Source of the DNA: Dudresnaya verticillata
Taxonomy: Eukaryota
DNA: 64,000 bases
NCBI GenBank assembly: GCA_977862235.1
Contig: OZ374564.1
Coordinates: forward strand, 1,860,001-1,924,000
Direction of reading: 5' to 3'
Both the position numbers and the translations under genes were made by a program. Positions 1 to 10,850 of the stretch are shown here, in pieces; position 1 is the stretch's first letter; each line of letters begins with the position of its first letter. Below the pieces are notes generated by a model, which saw only the letters and a program-made list of their open reading frames with translations, did not search any database and was not told the DNA's origin.

Positions 1-944
1 TAACCCAAGGCTTTACTTCGAATGTCGCCGTGGCGCTCTCATGCACCAACGGGGGATGACCGCCTCTCGTTGCGACTTGCCGTGCTGCCAGACCACGACA
101 AGCACGTGACTGTGTTAACGAGTGCAGAGCTGACGTGCGAATCTGCAAATCACCCACCGTGTCGGTTTGTAGCAGGCTTCGCAAAAGACCCGCGCAAGCT
201 CAACGCGTTCGTTGCTCTGCCACAGCCGCACGGCAACACCGAGAGTTCCATGCCTACATGCAGGCCCGCAGGCGGGATACACCAGTGGCGGACGCGAAGG
301 TGTCCCCTACATCTTCCCGCCGTGGCAGTAGGCACGTTGTGGTATGGCAACCCGTGGTTGTGAGAATCTGCGCTTGCGCAGTGCTCTGTTTGGAGCAAGG
401 ACAAGTCATGCCCAGACCTCCGCGAGGAAGAAACAGGCACGAAGCTGACAATGTTCACTCGCGATACGTGTTGCGGAATGCAACCGGTCCTGTCGGACGC
501 ACATGAACGCTCTCGCCAGCTCGATTGAGACGACATACTCGTGCACATACGCCTTGAGACCCCAGCTCTCTTTGCTGTTCAGGTTTCCGGTCCCCGCTTC
601 CAACGGCGACGCTTTCTGCACATTGAACATCTGACCACGACTTTGTTACTCTCGGCTCACCTGCACTGTACTCGTGCTTGCGGATGCTCCCGAGTGGCAG
701 AATCTATGCGACATACCTCGCCTTCGGCGGAGTTGTGCGGGTACAGCGCGTCGCGTTAACAGGGTACAAGAGTGTGGTTTCTCAGCAGAGGTCAATCTGT
801 AGCCGGTGGGCTCTGCATTGGACAGGTATCACCCTCGCCCGACATGGCTCATCCGCGATATTCACCGGGAATAAGCACCCAATCGGGCTCTCGAAAGAGA
901 ACCGCGGAATGCCTTGATGCGCCCAGCCGTGCTAATGCAGCACC

Positions 945-3900
945 TCAGATGTTAGGCTTGAGAATGGCGAGAGTTTTGGAACGCAGGATGACGGCTAAGG
1001 TCGCCGCTTCTGTGCTAACCTCGAGCTTCTCAATCTCCTCTTCAAAGCTCGCCACAATAGTCTCCGTGTCACGTCTGTGGAGAACGATCTCGTTACCACG
1101 AACTTCGAAGCGCAGATCTCTGTCACTTGTCCCGGAAGCTGTTTGGGACGGGCCTGGTCGAGCTCCCAGGTGGCGACGACACAATTCATCCCAGTTGTGT
1201 GACTCCTCGCTTTCCATGTGTACGCAGAGTCCAGTGTGAACTTCCCATAGGTACACAGTCCCGTCATATGACTCCGAAAGCACCCGGGTACCATCATTGT
1301 TGATCGCAACGCTCCAGACGAAGCCATCATGCCCTGTGAGCGGCTTCCCAATTTGTTCCCCGGTCATAGCATTCCATACTCGAACTGCGCGATCTTGCGA
1401 ACCAGAAACCACACGAGAGCAGTCAGCGCTCACCGCTAAGCTCAATACTGAGTTCGTGTGCCCCATTAGTGGCACGCCTATTTGCTTTCCTGTGTTACCA
1501 TCCCAAAGTCGAACTGTTCCATCACGCGATCCTGAAACCACTAGAGTGCCATCCGTACTTACCCCCACACTCATCACAGAACCCATACCATCATTCGTAG
1601 GCACTCCCACTTGTTCCTTTGCCTCTGCGTCCCAAACGCGAACGGTCCTATCAATTGAGCCGGACAATACACGAGTACTGTCATTGCTTATCACAACACT
1701 CAAGACCGAGCCAGCATGTCCGGTTAGAGGCTTTCCAAGTTGCGTCCCGGTCTCAGCATCCCACACCCGAATTGTCCTATCACGAGATCCTGACACGACA
1801 CGGGCACCGTCCGGGCTCACTGCCACGCTGTAAACCCAGTCCGTGTGGCCTACCAGAGGCTCCTTGGCAAACGAACCTTGGTCATCATCCCACACACGAA
1901 CTGTCCTGTCAGATGATCCAGAAACTACACGCCCACCGTCCCTACTTATTGCCACACTCATGACAAAGTCTGTATGGCCCGTAGCATGCCTTTGGGCCAG
2001 CCGCCCAGTCTGAACATCCCACACTTGCACTGAGCAATCGTCCGACCCTGACACCACACGAGTGCAAGTGGCACTCAATGCTACACTCCATACGCGATTT
2101 GTATGCCCAACAAGAGGCGGTCCAACATGTTCTCCTGTCTCCGTACTCCAGATACGAACAGTCCCATCGCGTGATCCCGATGCCGCGAACGTTCCTTCTG
2201 GGCATATTGCAACACTTTGCACCTTGTCCGAATGACCATGGAAGGCATCGCATACCAACTCGCCGTTTTCGGTGCCCCAGACTCGAACCGACCCATCCGA
2301 GAAACCCATAGAAACAAAGTGACCATGCCTACAAATGGCCGCGCAACTTGCGTAGATCCTCGGATTACTCCGTATCCCACCTGAACTACCAGATCCAAGT
2401 GTGTTTGTCGCTGCGGTATTAGTTCCCAGGTGCACACCCTGCGAGATACGCAAGAATTCCGACTTCAACCTCACAATCTTGCTCTCCCCGTTAGCAAAAT
2501 GTCGTGCGACGAACAATTCGGTCCTATGTTTCCTCCCACAACTCATGGCTACTTGCTCTTCATTGTAGCATACGCTCATGACATCATATGGAACTTGAAA
2601 CGTTTCTACAAGGGCGTCATTCGCTCCCTTTAAGCATGGAGTCAATGCCTTAACCCACGGTTTTGGAGCATAGATCTCAACCTCAGATATCAGCTTCTGT
2701 ACGTGTGTGTTATTTGTTCCCGTACTCAGCAACCTCGCGTACAACTGGAACCACGCTCCGACCGCATTTCCGGCGCTGTGAGAAAGACTCATGCGAGCAA
2801 TCTTGCACAAAGTCTTCAGCAACGCAGCACCAGTGCTTTCCTTCCCGACCGACGCACTAGATCGATCGGACGAGCATGTCATTGCAAGTTCACATTCCGC
2901 AGTTCTCCGCCACTCTTCGTAATGTTCAAAGTCTCCTTCAAGCTGTAGGATAGAGTTCATAGCAATCATCTTCACGATCCATTGAGGGCAACTCAGCAAG
3001 CTGAAAACTTCTTCATACCTCATGGCGCTTTGTAGCATTCTACATACGTTTCGCACGAAGTAGCCGTCGTCTACGACAACGGCAGGCCAAGATGTGTGAC
3101 GCCCAATACCATCAGGCAGCTGAGACTTGTACCCCTCCAAAATTGTCTCGTACCATTTCAGCATTTCTCCGTTCTTCTCAGCTTGATACTGAGCAAAGTC
3201 GTGAACGAGATCGTGGAGCCGAAGCCCAAGGCATTCTCTCCCCGTCACAATGCGATACTCTGCATCTGCCACACCCACACTCGCCATAGCTACCATCGCA
3301 TCCTCCTTCCCAAACTCATCTGCCATGCCCCATAGAAGACGTAATGCAGAAGCTGGAATCCAGTCTTGTTTCTGCAGAATGCACAGGGCTCTATGCATTT
3401 CCCGGTATGTCAACCTTTGACCAGCTGCTCCGTCCTCGCTGGCGCGTTTGTCCAAAAAGTCGAGCGACACAAGAAGGGCCACACCAAACGGCGTGTAGTT
3501 ATCATTAGTTCTCGTCTTGACCAGGTCTAAGCGTCTGAACGTCCTCAAGTACACGTTCCATGCGTTCTTCCGGGTACGACGCATCGCACGCCTTTTCCAG
3601 CCAACTCCGGTCCCACACAGGTTCAGTGCAACGGGTAAACCCGAACAAATCTTCAGGATTCCTAGAATTGGTTGGCAACACACTGGATCGCGCAGCTCTG
3701 CGTGAATGTCAGCATCTTCTACCCCAGCAACTCGTAGTAAAATTCTGGATGCTTCCCAGCCTAAAGCGTCTCTTGGCTCAAAAGAAACGGCGCTCCCTTG
3801 CATCGCAAGTTCTTCATCTCTTGTTGTATAGAGGAGCCGACTTCCCTCATATTTACCACCAACGTCACTTGCTAATATAGAAAGTCGCATCAAGATGTCG

Positions 3901-4871
3901 CTCTCAAGATCGTTTGACCTCCAGATGTCATCAAGGATAAACAGACATGAATATGGCTGGAACCATTCCTGGGCGTTCTGAATAACCATGTCAACGTTTT
4001 GTTCCTGTCGCAACTCTTGTGACAAGTGTTTCCCTCCAGATGCATCAACCGCCTTGCAAAGCTGCTGGATCAACTTCTCAATTGTCCCGTCCTTTCCTAA
4101 GCTTAGCAAGTAAACACCACCAGGGAACCGCTTCAGGACATCAGGATCCGCGGCGATCGCCCGTACCGCACAAGTCTTACCAACTCCGCTCGGTCCATAC
4201 GCAACAACTCCAACGGAGCAACCAGCCTCGCTTTCCAGCAACGAACGCTTCAGCTTTCCCTCGCATGTGAGTGGGGCTCCATCTACCCCCTCAGAAGCAA
4301 AATCGATGATTATCAGTTTCGAATTCCTTGGCGCCGTGTACGCGGCGTGAAACCAGTCCTTGGGAGCGGCAGCACCTTTCGTCTCAATGTGCTCAAGGGC
4401 AGCATGGAGGCCATCGGCCATGGAGGTCTTGATCTCGCTAGCATTCTGTTCCGACAGAGCCGCCAACGCAAGCATACCAGATAACTGCTGGATGGACTGC
4501 TGGATGGGGGTAGTCTGGTCGGTAAGCTCCGAGAAGGCTGCCTCATTGTGCTTGGCATGCGTGATAGAGTACAGCGGGTTTCCTTGCATTCGTTTCAGCT
4601 TTCGTAGCACGCGCTCTGTGGTGCGGGCTGTGACTGCAACGAAGTGGTCGATCTGATGTATGAAATAGGAGCGCTGGTGCGGCGGAAAGCGGTCCAGTAT
4701 GTCGCGGTCTTGCAGAGCCATGGCTTGGAGGTGCGAGGCAATGTCGGTGTATACCGTGTACAAGTCGGACGCAGCGGCGGGGTTTGCCTTGAGGGCGTCG
4801 TAGCGTGCCTTGATGCTCTCCGCGATCTGCACAACCTCGCGAACCTGCCCAATTACGCCCGAGAAATCCAT
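945..4871 (-). CDS. NLR-like STAND protein: N-terminal helical domain + NB-ARC + C-terminal WD40 repeats (Apaf-1/HNWD-like), ~1308 aa
   Basis: Walker A GPSGVGKT, Walker B LFILDDIW, RNBS-B SRLLYTTR, GLPL-type CSGLPVAL, MHD-type LHDLVHDF; nine GH...VSGS.D.TVRVWD repeats. First in-frame ATG at 4871 (MDFSGVIGQ); the ORF track extends it to a non-ATG start at 4976. Confidence 0.93.
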   Translation of the reverse strand: MDFSGVIGQVREVVQIAESIKARYDALKANPAAASDLYTVYTDIASHLQAMALQDRDILDRFPPHQRSYFIHQIDHFVAVTARTTERVLRKLKRMQGNPLYSITHAKHNEAAFSELTDQTTPIQQSIQQLSGMLALAALSEQNASEIKTSMADGLHAALEHIETKGAAAPKDWFHAAYTAPRNSKLIIIDFASEGVDGAPLTCEGKLKRSLLESEAGCSVGVVAYGPSGVGKTCAVRAIAADPDVLKRFPGGVYLLSLGKDGTIEKLIQQLCKAVDASGGKHLSQELRQEQNVDMVIQNAQEWFQPYSCLFILDDIWRSNDLESDILMRLSILASDVGGKYEGSRLLYTTRDEELAMQGSAVSFEPRDALGWEASRILLRVAGVEDADIHAELRDPVCCQPILGILKICSGLPVALNLCGTGVGWKRRAMRRTRKNAWNVYLRTFRRLDLVKTRTNDNYTPFGVALLVSLDFLDKRASEDGAAGQRLTYREMHRALCILQKQDWIPASALRLLWGMADEFGKEDAMVAMASVGVADAEYRIVTGRECLGLRLHDLVHDFAQYQAEKNGEMLKWYETILEGYKSQLPDGIGRHTSWPAVVVDDGYFVRNVCRMLQSAMRYEEVFSLLSCPQWIVKMIAMNSILQLEGDFEHYEEWRRTAECELAMTCSSDRSSASVGKESTGAALLKTLCKIARMSLSHSAGNAVGAWFQLYARLLSTGTNNTHVQKLISEVEIYAPKPWVKALTPCLKGANDALVETFQVPYDVMSVCYNEEQVAMSCGRKHRTELFVARHFANGESKIVRLKSEFLRISQGVHLGTNTAATNTLGSGSSGGIRSNPRIYASCAAICRHGHFVSMGFSDGSVRVWGTENGELVCDAFHGHSDKVQSVAICPEGTFAASGSRDGTVRIWSTETGEHVGPPLVGHTNRVWSVALSATCTRVVSGSDDCSVQVWDVQTGRLAQRHATGHTDFVMSVAISRDGGRVVSGSSDRTVRVWDDDQGSFAKEPLVGHTDWVYSVAVSPDGARVVSGSRDRTIRVWDAETGTQLGKPLTGHAGSVLSVVISNDSTRVLSGSIDRTVRVWDAEAKEQVGVPTNDGMGSVMSVGVSTDGTLVVSGSRDGTVRLWDGNTGKQIGVPLMGHTNSVLSLAVSADCSRVVSGSQDRAVRVWNAMTGEQIGKPLTGHDGFVWSVAINNDGTRVLSESYDGTVYLWEVHTGLCVHMESEESHNWDELCRRHLGARPGPSQTASGTSDRDLRFEVRGNEIVLHRRDTETIVASFEEEIEKLEVSTEAATLAVILRSKTLAILKPNI
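1225..2350 (-). repeat. Tandem array of nine ~43-aa (129-bp) WD40 coding repeats
   Basis: Repeated units such as GHTDWVYSVAVSPDGARVVSGSRDRTIRVWDAETG in the translation; boundaries approximate. Confidence 0.9.
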
Positions 4872-4979
4872 TTCGGTAGCAGGCGGCACACTGGCAGCGA
4901 GCAGCGTTGTCCAAGCGACGGCGGAACTTGAAACAGGGCCTGGGACGAACCAGGAACGCCGGGAAATTAGAAGCACGGG

Positions 4980-5534
4980 ATGACCACAGCGACAGCCGAG
5001 GGTGCACAGAGCGGAGCGACTGCAGCGACGCTACAGCGCGTGGTGCTTGCCTACGCCGCCAGGGCGTCACCGCCCATCTTCACAGACTCCGACCTGCAAG
5101 TGCGGGTGAAGAGCGGCGGAGAGGTAGCCGTGGAAGCGATGTTCGACCCAAGTGCGCAAAAGCTTCTGCACCCGCTGTGGGCTCTGCAAGCAGTCGCGCG
5201 GGAGTCGACAGGCACATCAATCGGCTTGCAGGATACTTCTGCCGCGAGCGCGCCAAGCCAAGCTTGTCACAGCTCGAGCCGCAAACGCCTTGGCCTGTTG
5301 AACCCTCCGGCGGGCATGGAGTTCGAGGGGCAGCTCCACTATCTCACTGCCGAGCGTTTTCCCCGCGCCGCTTACCTCGCGGTGAACTTCGAAGCTGCCG
5401 ACAAGACATGGGAGAGGACTCATCGCGCCCCGCGTTTTCTTGTCTGCTCCGACGTTTTGAACATCTGTAATTCACGAAGGAACGTGAACTGTAAGCATGT
5501 TGAAAGATGTCCCGACCGATATTATGGTGTCTGA
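4980..5534 (+). CDS. Hypothetical protein, 184 aa, divergent from the NB-ARC gene
   Basis: ATG-started ORF with protein-like composition; no recognisable domain; only 108 bp from the NB-ARC ATG. Confidence 0.45.
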   Translation: MTTATAEGAQSGATAATLQRVVLAYAARASPPIFTDSDLQVRVKSGGEVAVEAMFDPSAQKLLHPLWALQAVARESTGTSIGLQDTSAASAPSQACHSSSRKRLGLLNPPAGMEFEGQLHYLTAERFPRAAYLAVNFEAADKTWERTHRAPRFLVCSDVLNICNSRRNVNCKHVERCPDRYYGV

Positions 5535-6136
5535 TTGGTCCAAGTGGCGCACAGGGCTTGCCCTTGGAAAACACGAATTGCAGCACCGGAACCACAGAGA
5601 CAAAGTCGGCTTCTGCTCCGCCATCGGCCTCTTCTTACTTGTTTAATCTGCTTCCTCTCCCCCGCCGATAGCTCGGCCCTCGGACTGGTCGCTTACTAAT
5701 TGCACCAAGCAGCAATAACAGTTAAATCATCACTTTCCAGAGCTGAAGTTCCTTGCTCAGATGAGGACCTCTTGAAACTTGGCGCATCTCATCATGTGGT
5801 GTTCCTTTCTTTCTTTCCCCGTGGCCATGGCCATGGCCCATGGCCCTGCTAAATGTTTCCTTCTTCCACCACCAGGTCTTTGCCACCATGCCAAACGATT
5901 CCAGAATTCCAGTGGTTGCTCCTCGGGCTGCCCCAGCCGCACTTACCCCCGCAGCCTCGAGCGATCGTCATGCCTCACCAGGCCCACAACTGTTCCATAA
6001 AAAAAAGAAAAACAACACCTGCAGGTGCGCTGCTAACGTCGCTTTTTTAAGACGTGTAGAGCTCACTAGCCCCGTATCATCACTCCAGGGCAATACGTTC
6101 GTCAACTTAACGTTTACCGGATGATCTTACAGGGAT

Positions 6137-6943
6137 TTAACAAATTGTAAGACGCTTCTTTCTACGATTATTGGAAAACTGTCGTCCCAGAGAATACACC
6201 CCACCCCCATACAACCAATTGTAAAAGCGAACACGGCACTGCGCCTCCCGGCCCTTGTTGATAGCCTTCGAGTTAAGAGACTTCCTGATTCGAGAACCTA
6301 TCGACGTCGTGTAGTTGACCTTGCATTGGTCCTCGAGGAAGTAGAATTGCTCGTCCGTCGGGTACAGTACCCTGACTTCATTCCCCGTACAACCATGTAT
6401 CTCTTCGGAAGGCGTGACACTCCACCGTGAACTTTGAACATCTTCAAATGTCCCATTATAGTACGCTGCGAAGCCTCCATTGTCGGAACTTTCAACGCTT
6501 TCTTCCACTTCGTAGATCGTTTCGGGCTCAATTGGGGTATAAACAAGCTCGAAATCAGCGTTCCAGGAACTCACTGTCCGCATTATGCCGTTGAGATCAA
6601 ATTCATTGGACTCGCGGCGAGAGGAGCAAGACAGACAACAGGACTCCTCTCCACTATCGACCAGACACCGACGCTGTGATCCAGCATGGTCCAGTTCTTC
6701 GCCAGCTTTATCAATCCATAACTCCAGCCGAGCTTCGAAATCCATTTCAGGGGAGCAGGGTTCTTCTTGAGTAGTATTAGACATCCTTTGTTGTGCATTG
6801 CAAGGCGCACGAGAGGGCGGGTCGTGCAGTGGAACAAGCGCACTGTTCCTGGGCATTGAGGACCCCATATTATCCCAGGGTGTTCTCTCATCGCCTAGAC
6901 TCTTCGGGCTGCGCAACCGGCGGCGAAAACTTGGGAGACGCAT
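6137..6943 (-). CDS. Hypothetical protein, ~268 aa (acidic/Ser-rich middle, basic C-terminus)
   Basis: Long ORF from ATG 6943 (MRLPSFRRR); C-terminal NNRRKKR resembles an NLS; no domain recognised. Confidence 0.55.
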   Translation of the reverse strand: MRLPSFRRRLRSPKSLGDERTPWDNMGSSMPRNSALVPLHDPPSRAPCNAQQRMSNTTQEEPCSPEMDFEARLELWIDKAGEELDHAGSQRRCLVDSGEESCCLSCSSRRESNEFDLNGIMRTVSSWNADFELVYTPIEPETIYEVEESVESSDNGGFAAYYNGTFEDVQSSRWSVTPSEEIHGCTGNEVRVLYPTDEQFYFLEDQCKVNYTTSIGSRIRKSLNSKAINKGREAQCRVRFYNWLYGGGVYSLGRQFSNNRRKKRLTIC

Positions 6944-7469
6944 GTCTCTGCACAAACACCTCTGTCAAATCGGCAATCTTGAAAGCGGAGGAGTTGCCAA
7001 TAATATCCCTGTGTCGGCAGCTTTCGGGAACAACTGCGACAGATCGAAGGGTTCGATTTCTCAGCAAGGCTTTTTCAGGCGGAAACGACTTCGGTCGGCG
7101 AGAGAACAGCTGGTCGACGCCAATGTGATGATATACCCCATATTGTACTCGCGCTGGACCGTGTGTCGACGACCACCGCGCCTCCTGAGCCCACGAGCTC
7201 ACTTCGGCTGCTCACGCGCCCAGGGCGTTGAGCATGGCGTGCAGCGAGAGGCTCCACGAGGACAGGGTCGGATTTGTCTGGGACGCAGAGCTACAGGATT
7301 TGCTACGGGGTGGAGCGTAGCGCAATGCCAACGGGGAAGATGCCAGTGACAAGCAGCTTGCAAACCCCTTCAAGCTATGGGGACCTCATCTTCATCTTCA
7401 TCTATCTATATACACACAACCCATTTTCCGATAACTCTTGCAAATGCAGAACCCTTTACCATTGGGCGT

Positions 7470-7850
7470 GCTAAAGCATTCCCGCACTGCACCGTTCGTG
7501 CTACAGCCGCAACTCTGGTGCGCTGTTCTCCCGCCGGAATAGGGCGCTCCGCAACGCACAAGCGGATTGCGATGGAGGCGGACGTCTGTCCGTTAGGGTT
7601 TTTTGGTCTGTATCTGCAGTGTGGTAGCAGACTCTATTGAGAGCATCCGCGACACGCGGCATTTGCGCCTCATTTGGCTCCCGTTCCCAGCCTTTATGCA
7701 TTGTGTCCAGCAAAAGTCAACATGTCAACCGCTTAGCTTACCCTCTTCCCACATCTTTTTCTCCACGTTTATCTACACACTCCCCCATGCTATGTTCTGT
7801 CTCACTCGCTCCCAAAATATTACGCATCTCATCTACGTAAAAAGAGTGAA
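7470..7850 (+). repeat. Dispersed ~380-bp repeat, copy 1
   Basis: Shares colinear blocks with 11510-11900, e.g. GGGCGCTCCGCAACG, GGAGGCGGACGTCTGTC, CTGCAGTGTGGTAG, TTTATGCATTGTGTCCAGCAAAAGTCA, TGTCAACCGCTT. Confidence 0.85.
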
Positions 7851-8035
7851 CTAAAGGAGCGAGGCGTCCGTACAACCAACCGTTCCGGTCCGTACAAACA
7901 AATGTACAACCTTTGTGCCTGGTACCTTCTCCAACATACACAACATGCTAACGACCGTCTCATCTTCGCGTGCTCAGCTTCAAGTCTCAAATCTCACCGA
8001 CGATTCCATGTTTGCTTGAGCTAGACTGGTTGAAT

Positions 8036-8300
8036 AGGTCTTACTCGTCTACAAGCAGCTTGCTCTTCAACTGAATACCCATGATGAATACGGATTTTTC
8101 TACTCCATCTTCCTATTATTGCACTTGCAGTTTCAGTACATATCTGTTTGAGCTACGTTTGTCTCATAGGTCCTACCCGTCTACAAGCAGTTCACTCTTC
8201 AACTGCATACCTACACTCAATACGTGTTTTGCTAATCCATGTTCCTGTTGTTGCACTTGCAGTTTCTGTTACTACATACACTATATTCAGTTGAACTTGT
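8036..8300. repeat. Degenerate tandem duplication, period 132 bp
   Basis: AGGTC.TAC.CGTCTACAAGCAG...CTCTTCAACTG...TTGCACTTGCAGTTTC begins at both 8036 and 8168. Confidence 0.7.
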
Positions 8301-9245
8301 CAGGGAATACATCCCTTGTCAAGTACAGGGACGCACTGCACTCCAAATTGGTATTGACGTTGCCTTTCTTGTGGCTCCCGTATGTTTTTGTGTCATTATT
8401 GGCTTTGCACTACACTTCAGGGAGAGAAGAACTCTCCCGAATATAACCTGCTTAAAAAATAATAATATAGTTGTTTTTAATATCTCGGGGTGGAGTAGAT
8501 CTGTAGAACATTAACGCGCTTTCAATAGCATTTGCAGCCCTAATGTATTAAACTGTGACGGTTAAAGCAAGCCAAGCACATTAGAGACATAAGACATTCA
8601 GAATAGCTAAAAAACTTACATGCGTTCGTACTTATCAGACCCGCTTGAATACAGATGCCCACTTTGACCCACCTACTTTGTGTTGTATCTCGGACGAGAA
8701 TTTACTAACAAGAAATCTATAGGACATCAGCTTGGGAAGTATTTCCTCTTACTAGCGCACGTACCGTAGGGATAGAGCTTAGCTTTAAATTTACGGGGCA
8801 GACGAATACAAGCTGTTAAACAAACAAGCATCCCTTTAATCGAAAAGTTGTTAAACAAGAAAAACACAAAACCCAATTTCTTCCTGACTTCGGTCATTTT
8901 AATAAATATGCAATATGGTAAAAAAAAGCACAGAATAAAATACCGAAATTATACTGATCCAGACCTGATTCTGTATGAGGCAGAAAACCCCGACGAACAC
9001 TACCGCCTTATCGCCCACCACAAGCATTTGTCCGCGTTCTTCTTCAGCGACAACCCGCCCATCTCCACCACTTAGCGACGGAACCGGCATCCCAGGCGTG
9101 AGGAAGAAGAGGACCCTACTTCCACCACCTCGTCAATGCTTGTGCTGCAGCACTCCTAGAAAGCTCCCTCGCAGTTAACCGCGTTCAAGAGTCACCCCGA
9201 GCACGGTCCCTTTGCTGTATACACTTGCTACACTTGTTTTCCGTC

Positions 9246-10850
9246 ATGCAGGGTGCAGGCACCAGTTCCACTTTTGCGAAACCTACCAAGCTCGAAGACC
9301 TTCCGGACGATCTTCACTACAAGGTCATCCAAATGTGCCCGACGCTCGATAAACTCATCGCCGGCCGCGTGTCGCAGAAGTTCAACAAGCTGGTAGAGGA
9401 GAGCTTGGCCCAAGAGAAACCGGTTCCCAAACTTTTTCACAAGGCCACTATCACCCGTACACCGTTACCCGATGACTACGACTGTACCTACAGTCACTGC
9501 GTCTCGCGTTTTGAAATCCACCCGCGCCTTGGACATATCGCGATATATTTTGACGAAGAGGCAAGGTTGGTCTTCTTTGACTGGTCTCGCCAGACTCCTA
9601 TTCCGATCGAGACCAACTCTCACATAGTGAAGGGAGGACAGCTTTGCATGTCACCAAATGGAGAGTTCATCTTCGTTTGGCAGGACCCTACAAAATTCAT
9701 TAATGGTCCATTTTCAGGGCGCCTCTTCCAGCTCGACATACAAGACCCAGATACCATTGGGGCCAAAGCAACCTTATGTTCGCTAGTCTCCTTCTCAATT
9801 CCGAGCAGAGGTATTCGTTCCCGTCATTCTTTCGCTCCCCAGTTCATTGCCCAGCCAGGTTTCAGCCTCGACGAAACTGAATTTTGGGTCTCTGTCATGT
9901 TTGAGAAACAACGGCAGGAAGACGACTTGTCGCCCCTTATAAGGGTAGAGTACTACCACGGTAGCTTGAACCCCAACCAGGAAGTGCAATTAGACAAGGA
10001 GGAGATTGCCATTGGGGCGCGTGAAATGTATGGATGGGACATTTCCATACAAGGCTCACGAGAGAGAGAGTTTGTTACACTGAATGGTGCAGTTATTTAT
10101 CTAGCGGGTAATCCTTGTGGTATGCATATCTTCAAAATGGGTCACCCAGAGATGGTGTCCGTCTCTGATATGGCCGGCATGCCCATGAGAGGACTTGAAC
10201 TTTTCGAGGCATCACGCTGCGGGAAATTCATTGTGTGTGTTTTCGAGAATTCAGGAGAATCGAGTGGTAGTGGAAAAGGGAAGTTGGCCTATTGGGATTT
10301 TGTGAACATGCGTGTTCATAGCGTCTTCGAACTTGCAGAACTCCCTGACCTCATGGGTCTCATGGGCCAAATGAGGGGTCTCAGGGGTCAAAAGACAATC
10401 TTGCCGTCTGCAGGGCACGGATCACGCGTCTTTTTCATGGACTCTCTAGACAACTATGTTGTCCCTGCAATCCTATCATGGTTTGTAGTTGACAACGCTT
10501 CAGGACAAAAATTTCGAGTCAAGCCCGAAGACTCAGATGGACTTTTGCAGTGCCAAGAATATGCATTGACTATGGACGGGGAGTTTGTGGCCATTTGTCG
10601 TGGGAGCGGAGAAGAAGAGGACCGCGATGTTCTTGTAGAATATGTTGCGGTTTACGTGACTGCTACGGGTCAGAAGGTCGCAGAGGTAGCTTTAGGAGAC
10701 CACTGGAGGGACGTCGAAGACCTCAAGCTTGAAAAGAAGGGAAACAACCTAGTTCTCCGTATGAAAGGTAGGGTTGTTAGCTTTGAAGAGGCTGAAGAAT
10801 CTTGGAGCCTGAGATGTTTCTTGCTTGAAGCTGATAAGCAGAAGCTGTGA
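9246..10850 (+). CDS. F-box protein with probable C-terminal beta-propeller-like substrate domain, 534 aa
   Basis: N-terminal LEDLPDDLHYKVIQMCPTLDKLIAGRVSQKFNKLV matches the F-box pattern; downstream beta-strand motifs SPNGEFIFVW, SRCGKFIVCV, TMDGEFVAIC. First ATG at 9246. Confidence 0.8.
   Translation: MQGAGTSSTFAKPTKLEDLPDDLHYKVIQMCPTLDKLIAGRVSQKFNKLVEESLAQEKPVPKLFHKATITRTPLPDDYDCTYSHCVSRFEIHPRLGHIAIYFDEEARLVFFDWSRQTPIPIETNSHIVKGGQLCMSPNGEFIFVWQDPTKFINGPFSGRLFQLDIQDPDTIGAKATLCSLVSFSIPSRGIRSRHSFAPQFIAQPGFSLDETEFWVSVMFEKQRQEDDLSPLIRVEYYHGSLNPNQEVQLDKEEIAIGAREMYGWDISIQGSREREFVTLNGAVIYLAGNPCGMHIFKMGHPEMVSVSDMAGMPMRGLELFEASRCGKFIVCVFENSGESSGSGKGKLAYWDFVNMRVHSVFELAELPDLMGLMGQMRGLRGQKTILPSAGHGSRVFFMDSLDNYVVPAILSWFVVDNASGQKFRVKPEDSDGLLQCQEYALTMDGEFVAICRGSGEEEDRDVLVEYVAVYVTATGQKVAEVALGDHWRDVEDLKLEKKGNNLVLRMKGRVVSFEEAEESWSLRCFLLEADKQKL

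Noticed and set aside
1..940. Short ORFs and a faint WD-like peptide (VNTVTCLSWSG) on the minus strand
   Set aside because: Too short and interrupted to support a gene or pseudogene call.
1225..2350. CRISPR-like periodic repeats
   Set aside because: The periodicity is WD40 coding repeats in a eukaryotic gene; there are no identical repeats with unique spacers and no cas genes.
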